Shown piece after piece: positions 34,487 through 46,734 of a stretch of DNA of 64,000 nucleotides; position 1 is the stretch's first letter; every line of letters begins with the position of its first letter. Source of the stretch: Mobula hypostoma (lineage: Eukaryota); assembly GCF_963921235.1 (NCBI RefSeq), contig NC_086097.1, positions 229,340,001-229,404,000 on the forward strand. The letters run 5' to 3'. A model generated the notes under the pieces. It saw only the letters and a program-made list of their open reading frames with translations, had not been told where the DNA came from and did no database searches. The position numbers were made by a program, and so were the translations under genes.

Positions 34487-34887
34487 CCTGTTCTCCTTGG
34501 AGTGATGGAGAATGAGAGGTGATTTGTCAGAGGTGTATAAGATGATGAGAGGCATTGATTGTGTGGATAGTCAGAGGCTTTTTCCCAGGGCTGAAATGGC
34601 TAGCATGAGAGGGCATAGTTTTAAGGTGCTTGGAAGTAGGTACAGAAGAGATGTCAGGGGTAAGTTTTTTACACAGAGAATGGTGAGTGCGTGGAATGGG
34701 CTGCCGGCGACGGTGATGGAGGCGGATACGATAGGATCTTTTAAGTGACTCCTGGATAGGTACATGGAGCTTAGAAAAATAGAGGGCCATGGGTAAGCCT
34801 GGGTAATTTCTAAAGTAAGTATGTGTTCAGCACAGCATTGTGGGCCGAAGGGCCTGTATTGTGCTGTAGGTTTTCTATGTTTCTATG
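34487..34887 (+). mobile_element. Short CR1 3' end (similar copies at 35237-35510, 36645-36873, 52655-52830)
   Basis: MRGDLSEVYKMMRGID...FFTQRMVSAWNGLP; ttttctatgtttctatg tail. Confidence 0.9.
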
Positions 34888-35560
34888 AGGCTTCATCACA
34901 TGACTTTGTACCTCCAATCACTCCGTGCCCTATCATCTATCATTGATTACTGGATACATTCAGCCTCTCAGTGTTGTGTGTAACATTCCACTCTCCAGTG
35001 CTGACCAAGAGGGTCACCAAGTCCCTCTCGGTTCAAAGAGGAGCAATTACACTTCACATCCTCTTGTCAGAGAGGGTCAGAATCACAATCAGCTTTATTA
35101 TCACTGACATTGTCGTGAAATTTGTGGTTTTGCGTACGTAACAAATTACTGTAAGATACAATAATGAGAAATAAATAAATATAAATCGTGCAAAAGAGGA
35201 ATAGTGAATTAGTGTCCATGAACTGTTCAGAAATTTGAGGAGATTTACAAGGATGTTGCCTGGATTGGAGGGCGTACCTTATGAGAATACGTTGAGTGAA
35301 CTTGGCCTTTTCTCCTTGGAGCATCAGAGGATGAGAGGTAACCTGATAGATGGTCTTTTAAGAGACTCTTATGTAGGTACATGAAGCTTAGAAAGGTAGA
35401 GGGCTATGCGGTAGGGTAATTCTAGGCAGTTTCTAGATAAGGTTACACGGTTGGCACAATGTGGGCCAAAGGGTCTGTAACGTGCTGTAGATTTCTATGT
35501 TCTATGTTCTATTTTAAATGTTCACCTGCTCACTTTCTGTAAAGTTGCTAAGGGTAAAAC

Positions 35561-36465
35561 CATAAGACCATAAGATATAGGAGCAGAAGTAGACCATTCG
35601 GCCGATCAAGTCTGCTCCGCCATTCAATCATGGGCTAATCCAATTCTTCCACTCCCCTGCCTTCTCCCCATACCCTTTGAAGCCCTGGCTAATCAAGAAC
35701 CTATCTATTTCTGCCTTAAACACACGCAGTGACTTGGCCTCCAAAGCCGCTCGTGGCAACAAATTCCACAGATTTACCACCCTCTAACTAAAGTAATTTC
35801 TCCGCATCTCTGTTCTAAATGGATGTCCTTCAATCCTGAAGTCATGCCCTCTTGTCCTAGACTCCCCTACCATGGGAAATAACTTTGCCATATCTAATCT
35901 GTTCAGGCCTTTTAACATTCAAAATGTTTCTATGAGATCCCCCTCATTTTCCAGGGAATACAGCCCAAGAGCTGCCAGATGTTCCTCATACAATAACCCT
36001 TTCGTTCCTGGAATCATTCTCATGAATCTTCTTTGAACCCTCTCCATTGTCAGTATATCCTCTCTAAAATAGGAGCCCAAAACTGCACACAGTACTCCAA
36101 GTGTGGTCTCATGAGTGCCTTATGGAGCCTCAACATCACATCCCTGCTCTTATGTTCTATACCTCTAGAAATGAATGCCAATATTGCATTTGCCTTCTTC
36201 ACCACCGACTCAACCTGGAGGTTAACCTTTTGGGTATCCTGCACAAGGACTCCCAAGTCCCTTTGCATCTCTGCATTTTGAATTCTCTCCCCATCTAAAT
36301 AATAGTCTGCCCATTTATTACTTCCACCAAAGTGCATGACCATACGCTTTCCAACATTGTATTTCATTTGCCACTTCTTTGCCCATCTCCCTAAACTAAC
36401 TAAGTCTCTCTACAGGCTCTCTGTTTCCTCAACACTACCCGCTCCTCCACCTATCTTTGTATCAT
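35561..36465 (-). mobile_element. CR1 3' fragment
   Basis: MKYNVGK..MHFG...RPHLEYCVQFWAP; tail seen on the + strand as cataagaccataaga. Confidence 0.9.
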
Positions 36466-38993
36466 CTCTAAAACTGACTCCAAAGGTTCAGCTATTTCTC
36501 TCAGTTAACCATCTGTCATTTGCTAAACGGCAACAAATTGGTTTTATTTTGCCCCTTTAATAAACCATCACAGGGCACGTTGCAAAAGTATTATCAAAAA
36601 TAGATCTGATGCAAAGTCAAACGTGAAGACCCTGGATGTTCAGCAGGGGTAAGTTTTTTACGCAGAGAGTGATGAGTGTGTGGAATGGGCTGCCGGCGAT
36701 GGTAGTGGAGGTGGATACGATAGGGTCTTTTAAGAGACTCCTGGACAGGTACACGGAGCTCAGAAAAATAGAGGGCTGTTGGTAACCCTAGGTAATTTCT
36801 AAGGTAAGGACATGTTCGGCACAGCTTTGTGGGCTGAAGGACCTGTATTGTGCTGTAGGTTTTCTATGTTTCTGAAAAACAGAGCAGCAGAGTTTACATC
36901 AGATACTGAGAGCTTACTTCTGGTAGAAAGTTTTAAAGAGGGTGTAAAGTGCACATGTAAAATAAAATAGTAAATAGAGGGAAACTAGAAACTTAAAGGG
37001 TGGCTTGAAAAACATAAAATTGTAAAATAAAGGTAAATAAAATGGTAATTTATAAATATTCAAAGAGCAAGAGAATAATTAAAGAGAGACTGTGACCTAT
37101 TGGAAATCAAGAGGTGGAATATACATGCAGTTAAGGAAAGGTGGTCCATCGAATACTCAGAAGAAGAAAGGAAGATCACAAATTTTTGGAAAAGAAGGAA
37201 GACTCGTGTGGAAAAGACAAAAAGGTCCTTTTACTCATGAAGTCTTGGCCCGAAACATCGACTATTTACTCTTTTCCACAGATGTAGCCTGGCCTGCAGA
37301 GTTCCTCCAGCATCTTGTGTATGTTGCTTGGATTAACAGCATCTGCAGATATTCTCAGATCATTTTACAAGTTCACCTGTTCACTTTCCAGTCACAATTA
37401 AACCCAGCTTTCAAAATTCAGCTGATCTTCTCACTTCTAAGTGAAATACTCTGTACCCATCTGTACAAGAGTGGGACCTGAATGAACATTGTAGTGAGGA
37501 AGAGAGTAAAGCTTTGGATGAAGCAAGCATGACAAGAGAGGAAATTTTAAAGGGTTTAGTGACATCAGAAATAATTTTATTGACAGACCTGGATAAAATA
37601 AATTTCAGACTGTTAAGAGAAGCAAGGAAGAGAATAGCAGATGTTTTAACCATCATCTCAACCTCCCTGGTTATACAGCATAGTGCCAGACCTCTTGGAA
37701 ACTACTAAGGTAAAACTATTGTTACCGAAGGGCAAAATTCAGTCTAATAAAAATGAAACGGCTATAGGGATGAATTTCTGAGAGTCAGTGTAGACCATTA
37801 TTAGGAATGCCACAATTAAACCAGTTTCGGAAAGGAGCTGAATGAATAATGATTGCGTCTTTTGAGGTGGTACAAGGGTGAAATGAGGGTCATTGAGGAT
37901 AAGGTATACGTGGAGCTCAACAAAGTTTCACCTGGCAGATTGGTCAGCAACTGAAAAGCCCGTGTAATCCACAGAGAAATGCTAAATTGGGTCAAAAATT
38001 GGCTCAGCAGCTAAAAGCAAATCATAAAAATCAATAGTGACAAAAATGCTGTTTCCATCAGAATCAGGTTTATTTTCACTGGCATGTGATGTGAAATATG
38101 TTAACTTAGCAGCAACAGTTCAATGCAATACATAATATAGGAGAAAAAAATTAAAATAATAAAAAATAAATAAATTACAGTATATGTATATTGAATAGAT
38201 TAAAAATCATGTAAAAAACAGAAACACTGTATATTAAAAAAAGTGAGGTTGTGTCCAAGGGTTCAACGTCCATTTAGGAATCGGATGGCAGAGGGGAAGA
38301 AGCTGTTCCTGAATCACTGAGTGTGTGCCTTCAGGCTTCTGTACCTCCTACTTGATGGTAACAGTGAGAAAAGGGCATGCCCTGGGAGCTGGAGGTCCTT
38401 AATAATGGACGCTGCCTTTCTGAGACACTGCTCTCTGAAGATGTTCTGGACACTTTGTAGGCTAGTACCCAAGATGGAGCTAACTAGATCTATCACCCTC
38501 TGCGGCTTCATTCAGTCCTGTGCAGTTGCGCCAATCCCATACCAGACTGTCAGAATGCTCTCCACAATACAGCTATAGAAATTTTTGAGAGTATTTGTTG
38601 ACATACCAAATCTCTTTAAACTCCTAATGAAGTATAGCCACTGTCTTGCCTTCTTTATAACTGCATCAATATGTTGGGACCAGGTTAGGTCCTCAGAGAT
38701 CTTGACACCCAGGAACTTGAAACTGCTCACTCTTTCCACTTCTGATCCCTCTGAGGATTGGTAGCTGTTCCTTCATCTTACCCTTCCTGAAGTCCATAAT
38801 CAGCTCTTTCGTCTTACTGACGTTGAGTGCCAGGTTGCTGCTGTGGCACCACTCCACTGGTTGACATATCTCACTCCTGTACGCCCTCTCGTCACCACCT
38901 GAGATTCTGCCAACAATAGTTGTATCATCAGCAAATATATAGATGGTATTTGAACTATACCTAGCCACTCAGTCATGGGTATAAAGAGAGTAG

Positions 38994-40239
38994 TGTCATA
39001 AGGTGATGGCTGGGAACGGACCCAAGTGCAAGACACAGACACTGAAGTACTAGGGACAGGACTAGGATAGAGGGTGAGGGCAAGGACATGGACACGAAAA
39101 CCGGGAACCCAGAACAGGACTGGACAAAAGAGTTAGGAGCCCGGGCTTGGACTCTGAGCCAGAGACTGGACAAGGACCCAGTACTTGGGTCTTGCCTCTG
39201 GCTTGGACCCCAGAACTAGGCAAGGACGAGGCTTGGCTGGCAGGCAGGCCGAGGCTGGAGTCTTCAGGCTTGAGGCCAGAGGCTAGAGACTAGAGGCAAG
39301 GCTTGGCAGGAGGCAGGAGGCTGGAGTCTTCAGGCTTGAAGCTAGAGACTAGAGGTGAGGCTAGGCAGGAGGAAGAAGGCTGGAGTCTTCAGGCTTGAGG
39401 CTGGCAACTAGAGGCGAGGCTAGGCAGGAGGCAGGAGGCTGGAGACGATATGAGGCTAGGCAGGAGGCTGGAGACTTGAGGCGAGGCTAGGCAGGAGGCA
39501 GGAGGCTGGAGACTTGAGGCGAGGCTTGGCAGGAGGCAGGAGGCTGGAGACTTGAGGTGAGGCTTGGCAGGAGGCTGGAGACTTGAGACGAGGCTTGGCA
39601 GGAGGCTGGAGACTTGAGGCGAGGCTTGGCAGGAGGCAGGAGGCTGGATACTTGAGGCAAAGCTTGGCAGGAGGCAGGAGGCTGGAGATGAGGTGAGGCT
39701 TAGCAGGAGGCAGGAGGCTAGAGACTTGAGGTGAGGCTTGGCAGGAGGCTGGATACTTGAGGCAAAGCTTGGCAGGAGGCAGGAGGCTGGAGACGAGGTG
39801 AGGCTTAGCAGGAGGCAGGAGGCTAGAGACTTGAGGTGAGGCTTGGCAGGAGGCTGGAGACTTGAGGCGACGCTTGGCAGGAGGCAGGAGGCTTCTCCTG
39901 GGCAGGGTGCGGTACTCCTGGGCAGGGCACGGATCACCACCCGACGGAGGCAAGGGTTAGGAAGGGACAGAACCAACTATCGGTAATGGCAATACTGCCT
40001 GGCTTACCCGGCGGAGCCAAGGGACAGGAAGGGGGCTAGGTACAGGGTGGTTCCAGGACAAGACTGCAGGCGAGACGAGGCGAGAGTTACCAGCAAGACC
40101 AGGCAAGGCTTCAGGCAATGCAAGGCGAAACGAGAACTTCAGGCGAGGCAAGAGTTACCGGCAAAACAAGGCAAGGCTTCAAGCAATGCAAGGCAAGACG
40201 AGAACTTTAGGTGAGGACTTCACGGACCGGACCATGACA
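38994..40239 (-). mobile_element. Solo LTR (family B), copy 1
   Basis: TGTCAT...ATGACA termini, 5-bp TSD AGTAG at 38989-38993 and 40240-40244. Ends are homologous to 57937-59420 in the opposite orientation. Confidence 0.88.
39228..39893. repeat. G-rich minisatellite (modules of about 31-38 bp, gaggcttggcaggaggc[aggaggc]tggagacttgag) inside the LTR
   Basis: Directly visible tandem array. A separate 68-bp dimer lies at about 40080-40215. Confidence 0.95.
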
Positions 40240-42730
40240 AGTAGAGCAGTGGGCTAAGCACACACCCTTGAGGTGCGCCAGTGTTGATAGTCAGTGAAGA
40301 GGATATGTTATCACCAATCCGCATAGACTGTGGTCTTCTGCTTAGGAAGTCGAGGATCCAATTGCAGAGGGAGGTACAGAGGCCCCGCTTCTGCAACTTC
40401 TCAATTACAATTGTGGGAATGATAGTATTAAATGCTGAGCTATAGTTGATGAACAGCATCCTGACATAGGTGTTTGTGTTGTCCAGGTGGTCTAAAGCTG
40501 TGTGGAAAGCCTATTAAGATTGCGTCTGCCTTTGACCTATTGTGACGATGGGCAAATTGCAATGGGTCCAGGTCCTTGCTGAGGCAAGAGTTCAGTCTAG
40601 TCATCACCAACCTCTCAAAGTACTTCATCACTGTCGACATGAGTGCTACTGGGCAATAGTCATTAAGGCAGCTCACATTATTCTTATTAGGCATTGGTAT
40701 AATTGTTGCCTTTTTGAAGCAAGGGGGAACTTCCACCCATAGCAGTGAGAGGTTGAAAATGACCTTGAATACTCCCGCTAGTTGGTCGGCACAGATTTTC
40801 AGAGCCCTACCAGGTACTCCATTGGGACCTTCTGCCTTGCAAGGGTTCACTCTTTTAAAGACAGCCTAACATTGGCCTCTGAGACAGAGATCACAGGGTC
40901 ATCAGGTGCAGCAGGGATCTTCACAGCTGTAGTTGTGTTCTCCCTTTCAAAGCGTGCATAAAAGGCGTTGAGTTCATCTGGTAGTGAAGCATCACTGCTT
41001 TGTAGGAAGTAATATCTTGCAGTCCCTGCCAGAGTTGCTGTGCATCTGATATTGCCTCCAACCTTGTTCAAAATTGTCTCTTTGCCCTTGGAATAGCCCT
41101 CTGCAAATCATACCTGGTTTTCTGGTACAGGCCTGGGTTGCCAGACTTGAATGCCACAGATCTAGCCTTCAGTAGATGATGTACCTCCTGGTTCATCTAC
41201 GGCTTTTGATTTGGGAATGTACAGTAGATCTTTGTCGGCACACACTCATCCACACAGGTTTTAATGAAGTCGGTAACAACTGCAGCATACTCATCCAGAT
41301 TCAAAGATGAATCCCTGAATACAGTCCAATCCACTGATTCAAAGCAGTCCTGTAGGCGCTCCTGTGCTTCCCTTGTTCATACCTTCTTGGTCCTCAGCAC
41401 TGGTGCTGCAGTCTTCAGTCTCTGCCTATACTCAGGGAGTAGAAGTACAGCCAGGTGATGAGACTTCCCAAAGGGAGGGCATGGAATAGCACAGTATGCA
41501 TTCTTGGTGGTGTAGCAATGGTCCAGTGTGTTGTTTCCTCTGGTATTGCAAGTGATCTGTTGATGGTAATTGCTTAGTGATTTTTTTCAGACTGGCCTAG
41601 TTAAAATCTCCCAAAACAATGGTGAAGGTGTTAGGGTGCGCTGTTTCGTGCATGTTGATCCCATTGCTCAGATCATCTAAAACCTGCTTGACATTGGCCT
41701 GAGGTGGAATGTAAACTGCTACCAAAATGACCCCAGAGAACTCCTGTGATAGGTAAAAAGGACAACACTTAACTGCTAGATATTACAGGTCTGGTGAGCA
41801 GAATTGGGACAGCACTGTTATATTTGTGCACCAAGAAGAGTTGATCATGAGGCATACTCCTCCGCCACTGCTTTTGAGAGACTCTATAGATCTATCCTGG
41901 CGGTGTATAGTAAACCCGTCGATCTGAATTGCTGCATCCGGTACTGAAGGAGTTAACCAGGATTCCGTGAAACAAAGGACGCATGTGGTCCTAATGTCCC
42001 TCTGATTCAGCACCCTAGCTCTGAGATCATCGATTTTATTCACCAGAGACTGTACGTTTGCCAGCAAGATAGTCAGTATAGGGAGTTTAAACCTCGTTTC
42101 CTTAAATGCACTTGTAACCCTGATCTACATCCACGCTTCCTTTGAGGTGTCCTCTGTGGGCCCTTCTGACCACAATCTGTGTTGTTTCCGTCAGTTTTAA
42201 GCAGCGATAGTTTGTTTAAACGCATTAAGACATCTTTGTTGACTGTACTGACCATGGAAGAAGTTGTGCTTTTTGGCTGTATCAGGCTGAAATGAGAATA
42301 TTTAATTGTACCCATTGAGAATACTGCTGCTACTCGAATCGCCCCTAGGTGCCCCGGAAATATAAAGTTTCAAGTGGAATTCAGTCATTCTTCATGCTCT
42401 TGTAACATAAAGATGAACTATTGACGTCAAAAATTATGCCATAATGGCCCTTGCACATTGTTATCTATCTCGACGGCATTTTCTCTGTCAATGTAACACT
42501 CTATTCTGTTACTGCTTTTTTTCTTGTACTGCCTCAATATATTTATGTTGTGATATGTGTGGATATAGCAAGGTTTTTCACTGTATCTCGGTACATGTGA
42601 CAATAGTAAACCAATTACTGATTGTCAATGTTTTAAACTTGTGAATCATGATTAAGAAAGTAGTAGCTTATCTTAAAAATAATCATCTGATTGACAGTGA
42701 GGAAGAAAGCCGCTAATTATAATTATAGAT

Positions 42731-42920
42731 AGCAGGCCAGGTAGCAACTATGGAAAAGAGTAAACAGTTGACATTTCGGGCCGAGACCCTTCATCAGGAG
42801 TCTTGGCCAGAAACGTCAACTGTTTACTCTTTACCATAGATGTAAAGAGTAAACAGTTGACGTTTCTGGCCAAGACTCCTGACATGGCATGCTGGCATGC
42901 TGAGTTCTTCCAGCATTTTT
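42731..42920. repeat. Rearranged Penelope pseudo-LTR ends with a perfect 41-bp inverted repeat
   Basis: 42794-42834 is the exact reverse complement of 42842-42882. Hammerhead core on the minus strand at 42765-42801. Confidence 0.85.
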
Positions 42921-42925
42921 AGAAT

Positions 42926-43600
42926 AGATTAGATTATGAGGACACTCAGTCCTCATTTATTGTCATTTAGAAATGCATGCATTAAAAAATGATACAATGT
43001 TCCTCCGGTGTGATATCACAGAAACACAAGACAGACCAATACTAAAACTGACAAAAACCACATAATTATAACATATAGTTACAACAGTGCAAAGCAATAC
43101 CGTAATTTGATAAGAGCAGGCCATGGGCGCAGTTAAAAAAAGTCTCAAAGTCCCTATAGCCCATCATCTCACACAGATGGTAGAAGGAAGAAAACTCTCC
43201 CTGCCATGAGCTTCCAGTGCTGCAAACTTGCTGATGCAGCATCCTGGAAGCACCCGACCACAGTCCGACTCTGAGTCCATCTGAAAACTTTGAGCCTCCG
43301 ACCAGCCCTCCGACACCAAGCACCGAGCACCATCTCTGCTGAGCGCTTTGACCCTGACCCCAGCCGCCAAGCAACAGGCAAAGCCAAGGATTTGGAGCCT
43401 TCCCCTCCGGAGATTTTGGATCACACAGTAACAGCGGCAGCGAAGCAGGCACTTCAGAAGTTTCACTAGATGTTCTTCCATGCTCTCACGTCTGCCTCCA
43501 TCAAATCAGAATTGTGCACGGCCTCCTACTTAACAGATTACAGATATTCATCACCGGAGAGGCCACGCGCGCTGCGTCATGCCGCCATCTTCTCCTCCTC
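42926..43600 (-). mobile_element. About 670-bp non-autonomous retroposon, copy 2
   Basis: Begins ggaggaggagaagatggcggc; (AATCT)n tail; collinear with 21378-22032. Confidence 0.75.
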
Positions 43601-43625
43601 CTGATTATTTTGTATGTGTTGCTTG

Positions 43626-44205
43626 TGCAACTCTCGGTTCGGCTAGCGGCTTAATCTAGGGGATGATAGCCTGCAGCCCGGCCAAATTTAAGAAATCTTG
43701 TTTGGGTGGATGCTGTGTGATGTGTCCCCTGTTACAAATCAGTACCACAAAATAACAAACAGTACACAATATGTAATTAAATGATTGAGCTTTATAATTT
43801 TTAATTTGACCAAATGGTTAGTAAAGAAACAAAAAAAAGAAAAAGGGCCCACTCTCATGAAACAGTCTAATGCACAATGTTGGAGCTCACTGATAAAGCC
43901 GTTCATCCACCATTGACCTCCTCCGATCGTCGCTGACCTTCAGACCCTCGCTCCAAGTCCACTCTGTCCAGTAGTCTACCAACTCTCTCCGTTCGCATCT
44001 TCTCTCCTCATCGCTCCCCGGCAAAAGACCCTGAAATCCCTCTCCCAGACACATAAGAAAGAACAACATCCCGCTCATTGTTTAACATGCCCTGTTATCT
44101 CTAGTCATGACCCAAACATTGCTGCTACAGCGAAACCATTACCTCAGCAGTGGAACATTACAGAGAGGCCATTACATTAGCAGTGAAAACTTACAGCCTG
44201 TTACA
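43626..44205. mobile_element. Solo LTR (family A), 580 bp
   Basis: tgcaac...gttaca termini, 4-bp TSD CTTG at 43622-43625 and 44206-44209. Shares gtggatgctgt..tgttacaaat..ccacaaaataaca with 2074-2709. Confidence 0.82.
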
Positions 44206-44404
44206 CTTGGATTTCCAGCATCCGCAGATTTTCTTGTCTCTGTAATTATAGATAGTTCTCTAAGGAGTATATAAGTGGGTAGAGAAGTGGCAAATGGATT
44301 TGTATATCAAGAAGAGTGAGCTCATGTATATGAGATGGGCAGACAGTGCTGGGCAATATACAATCAATGGAAGAAGACTGAGAAACATAGAGCAACAGTG
44401 AATG

Positions 44405-44935
44405 GAGAACCTGCCAAAGATAGTGGGTAGAGCCCATTTCATCACCAGAAAAGCCCTCCCCACCATTGTGCACATCTACAAGGAGGGCTGCCACAAGAAA
44501 GTAGCCTCATCATCAAATCCCGACCATCCCAGACCATGCTGCCTTCTTCTACCTTTGCGGAGGAGGTACAGCTGCCTTAGGTCCCACACCAGCAGGTTCA
44601 GGAACAATCATTACCCCTCAACCATCGGACTCCTGGACCAGGAGGATAACTTCACTCACCTCAACTCTGAACTGATCACTGAACATAACCCATGGACTCA
44701 TTTTCAAGGACTCTACATCTCACATTCTCAGTATCTATTTATTTTTTTTCCTATTTATTTGTTTGCTTGTATTTGTATTTGCTCAGTTTACCTTCTTTTG
44801 CACATTGTTTGTTTGCCAGTCTTGGTTTGTGTGCATTTTTTCATTGATTCTATTGTATTTTTTCATTCCGCTGTGAATGCCTGCAAGAAAATAAATTTCA
44901 GAGTCGTATATGGTGACATATACTTACAATAGGAA
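44405..44935 (+). mobile_element. Rex1/Babar-type 3' end
   Basis: LLPLRRRYSCLRSHTSRFRNNHYPSTI plus 3'UTR. Confidence 0.7.
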
Positions 44936-45010
44936 TGTATTTACTTGGAAACCATGGAGTATATATCCAGAGATCCCTGAAAGTGGCAGAACATATGGAA
45001 AGTAACACAT

Positions 45011-45232
45011 ACAGTCCTGATGAAGGGTCTCAGCCTGAAACATCAACTATTTATTCCTTCCTACAGTTGCTGCCCGACCTGCTGAGTTCCTCCAGTGTGT
45101 TGTGAGTGTTGCTTTGGCCCCAGCATCTGCAGATTATTTTGTGCTGACTACTTATCCCTTCCTACATTTGCTGCCTGACCTGCTGAGTTCCTCCAGCATT
45201 TTGAGTGTGTTATCTGGTTTTCCAGCATCTCT
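45011..45232 (+). mobile_element. Penelope pseudo-LTR fragments with a decayed hammerhead
   Basis: cagtcctgatgaagggtctcagcctgaaacatcaact followed by two tandem gctgcc(c/t)gacctgctgagttcctccag blocks. Confidence 0.7.
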
Positions 45233-46734
45233 TGTGGAAAAGCAGGAGGGAATGTGCAGTTGAATAAAACAGTAATTAGGCCACAGTGAGAATGCGGTCT
45301 AATCCTTATGTGAGATTAGAGAGGCACAAAGACAAAGAAGCTCATGGAGGGAGATCCAAAGTCTGAGGCTTTTATCAGTTGAAAACATCCCCACTTTTGC
45401 TGTTCTGATGAAATTGAGGGATGATCAAGATGTTTCGGTTGAAGGAAGAACACATTTAAGGAGGTCTGTCTGGGATTGTTTCAAAATATTACAGTTTAAC
45501 AAATTCTGCTTTCGAAAAATACATTGTTTGTCTTTAGATTATTTTAAACATACAGAAATTCTGTTCTATAAGGACTGTGTTAATCCTTGGCATCTGCCAT
45601 TGTTGCTCCACAGTGCAGTGACTATAAATTACAGTGCTGTGTTAAAATAAAGCCTATCTACTGTATCAAGGTTGGAGCCCTTCTCTTTCTTCTTTAGTTT
45701 CTCATCAGTTTTTAGGATTCATGCCAAGGCAGCTTGATTTATGAACATATGGGTTGAATGAGCTCCCATTTTTTTCGGTTGCTTTACTTGGTGGCAAAAA
45801 AAAACAGAATGCCTTCACCTTCAGTCACATATGCCACTTCCTTTCCCTCTAGTCTCTTTCCGAAAAGCTTTCTAAGGTCAATTTGCTTTTTAAATTATTC
45901 AGATCCATCCCCATTACCTGTCCATTTTACAGCCCCTGACTTCAACAAAGGGTGAAATCAGGCAGAGTACTCAACTTGTTGCTGGCAACCTAGCCTGGTC
46001 TGTTTGCTACAAACACGAGGAATTCTGCAAATGCTGGAAATCGAGAGCAGCGCACACAAAATGCTGGAGGAACTCAGCAGGTTAGGCAGCATCTATAGAA
46101 ATGAAGTTGGACAGATGAGATACAATTACAGTTTCTTTCCTTTTAAGGATTAGAATTTCATGTCGATACTCAGAAGTTTCTTCCACTTGACTGTTTTTGC
46201 CCAGACCCAATTCAGGTGTATAATACCGCAGCTTCTGCTGTTGCTGGCTTCTGCACCAAATGCAGCAATCTAATGATCAAAGTTTCGAGATGTGAAGACC
46301 TCAGGACAACACACACACACAATTCTGGAGGAATACGTTAGGAATATTTAAGAGAGTCTTGGATAGGCACATGGATGAAAAGAAATTGGAGGGCTATGTG
46401 GAAGAGAAGGGTTAAATTGGTCTTACACTAGGTTAAAAGATCGTGGCCCAAAGGGCCTTTACTTTTCTGTAATATTCTGTGTTCTGTGTTCTAACTCAGC
46501 AAGTCAGGCAGCATAGGGATAGAAACAGTGGATATTTTGGGCCAAGATACTTCATCAGGACTGGAAAGGAAGGGGGCAGAAACCAGAATTAGAAGATGTG
46601 GGCAGAGGGAGCAGTGCAAGCTGGCAGGTAACAGATGAAACTATGTGAGGAGGAAAGTGGGTGGGTGATGACCTCAGGGACCCCCTTTGATCTAGGCAGC
46701 TGAGTTCACAAATATCTGACATGATAAGGTGTGT

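Larger units (their letters stand above)
38058..42350 (-). mobile_element. Near full-length decayed Rex1/Babar LINE carrying an LTR insertion
   Basis: APE (LANVQSLVNKIDDL...CFTESWL...GGGVCLMINSSWC), KAEGPNGVPGRALK, RT ([11 protein letters not shown] | FADDTTIVG); (CTGATT)n-type tail. Confidence 0.9.

Noticed and set aside
39389..39976. Pro/Ser/Ala-rich ORFs
   Set aside because: Translation of the minisatellite within LTR-B copy 1.
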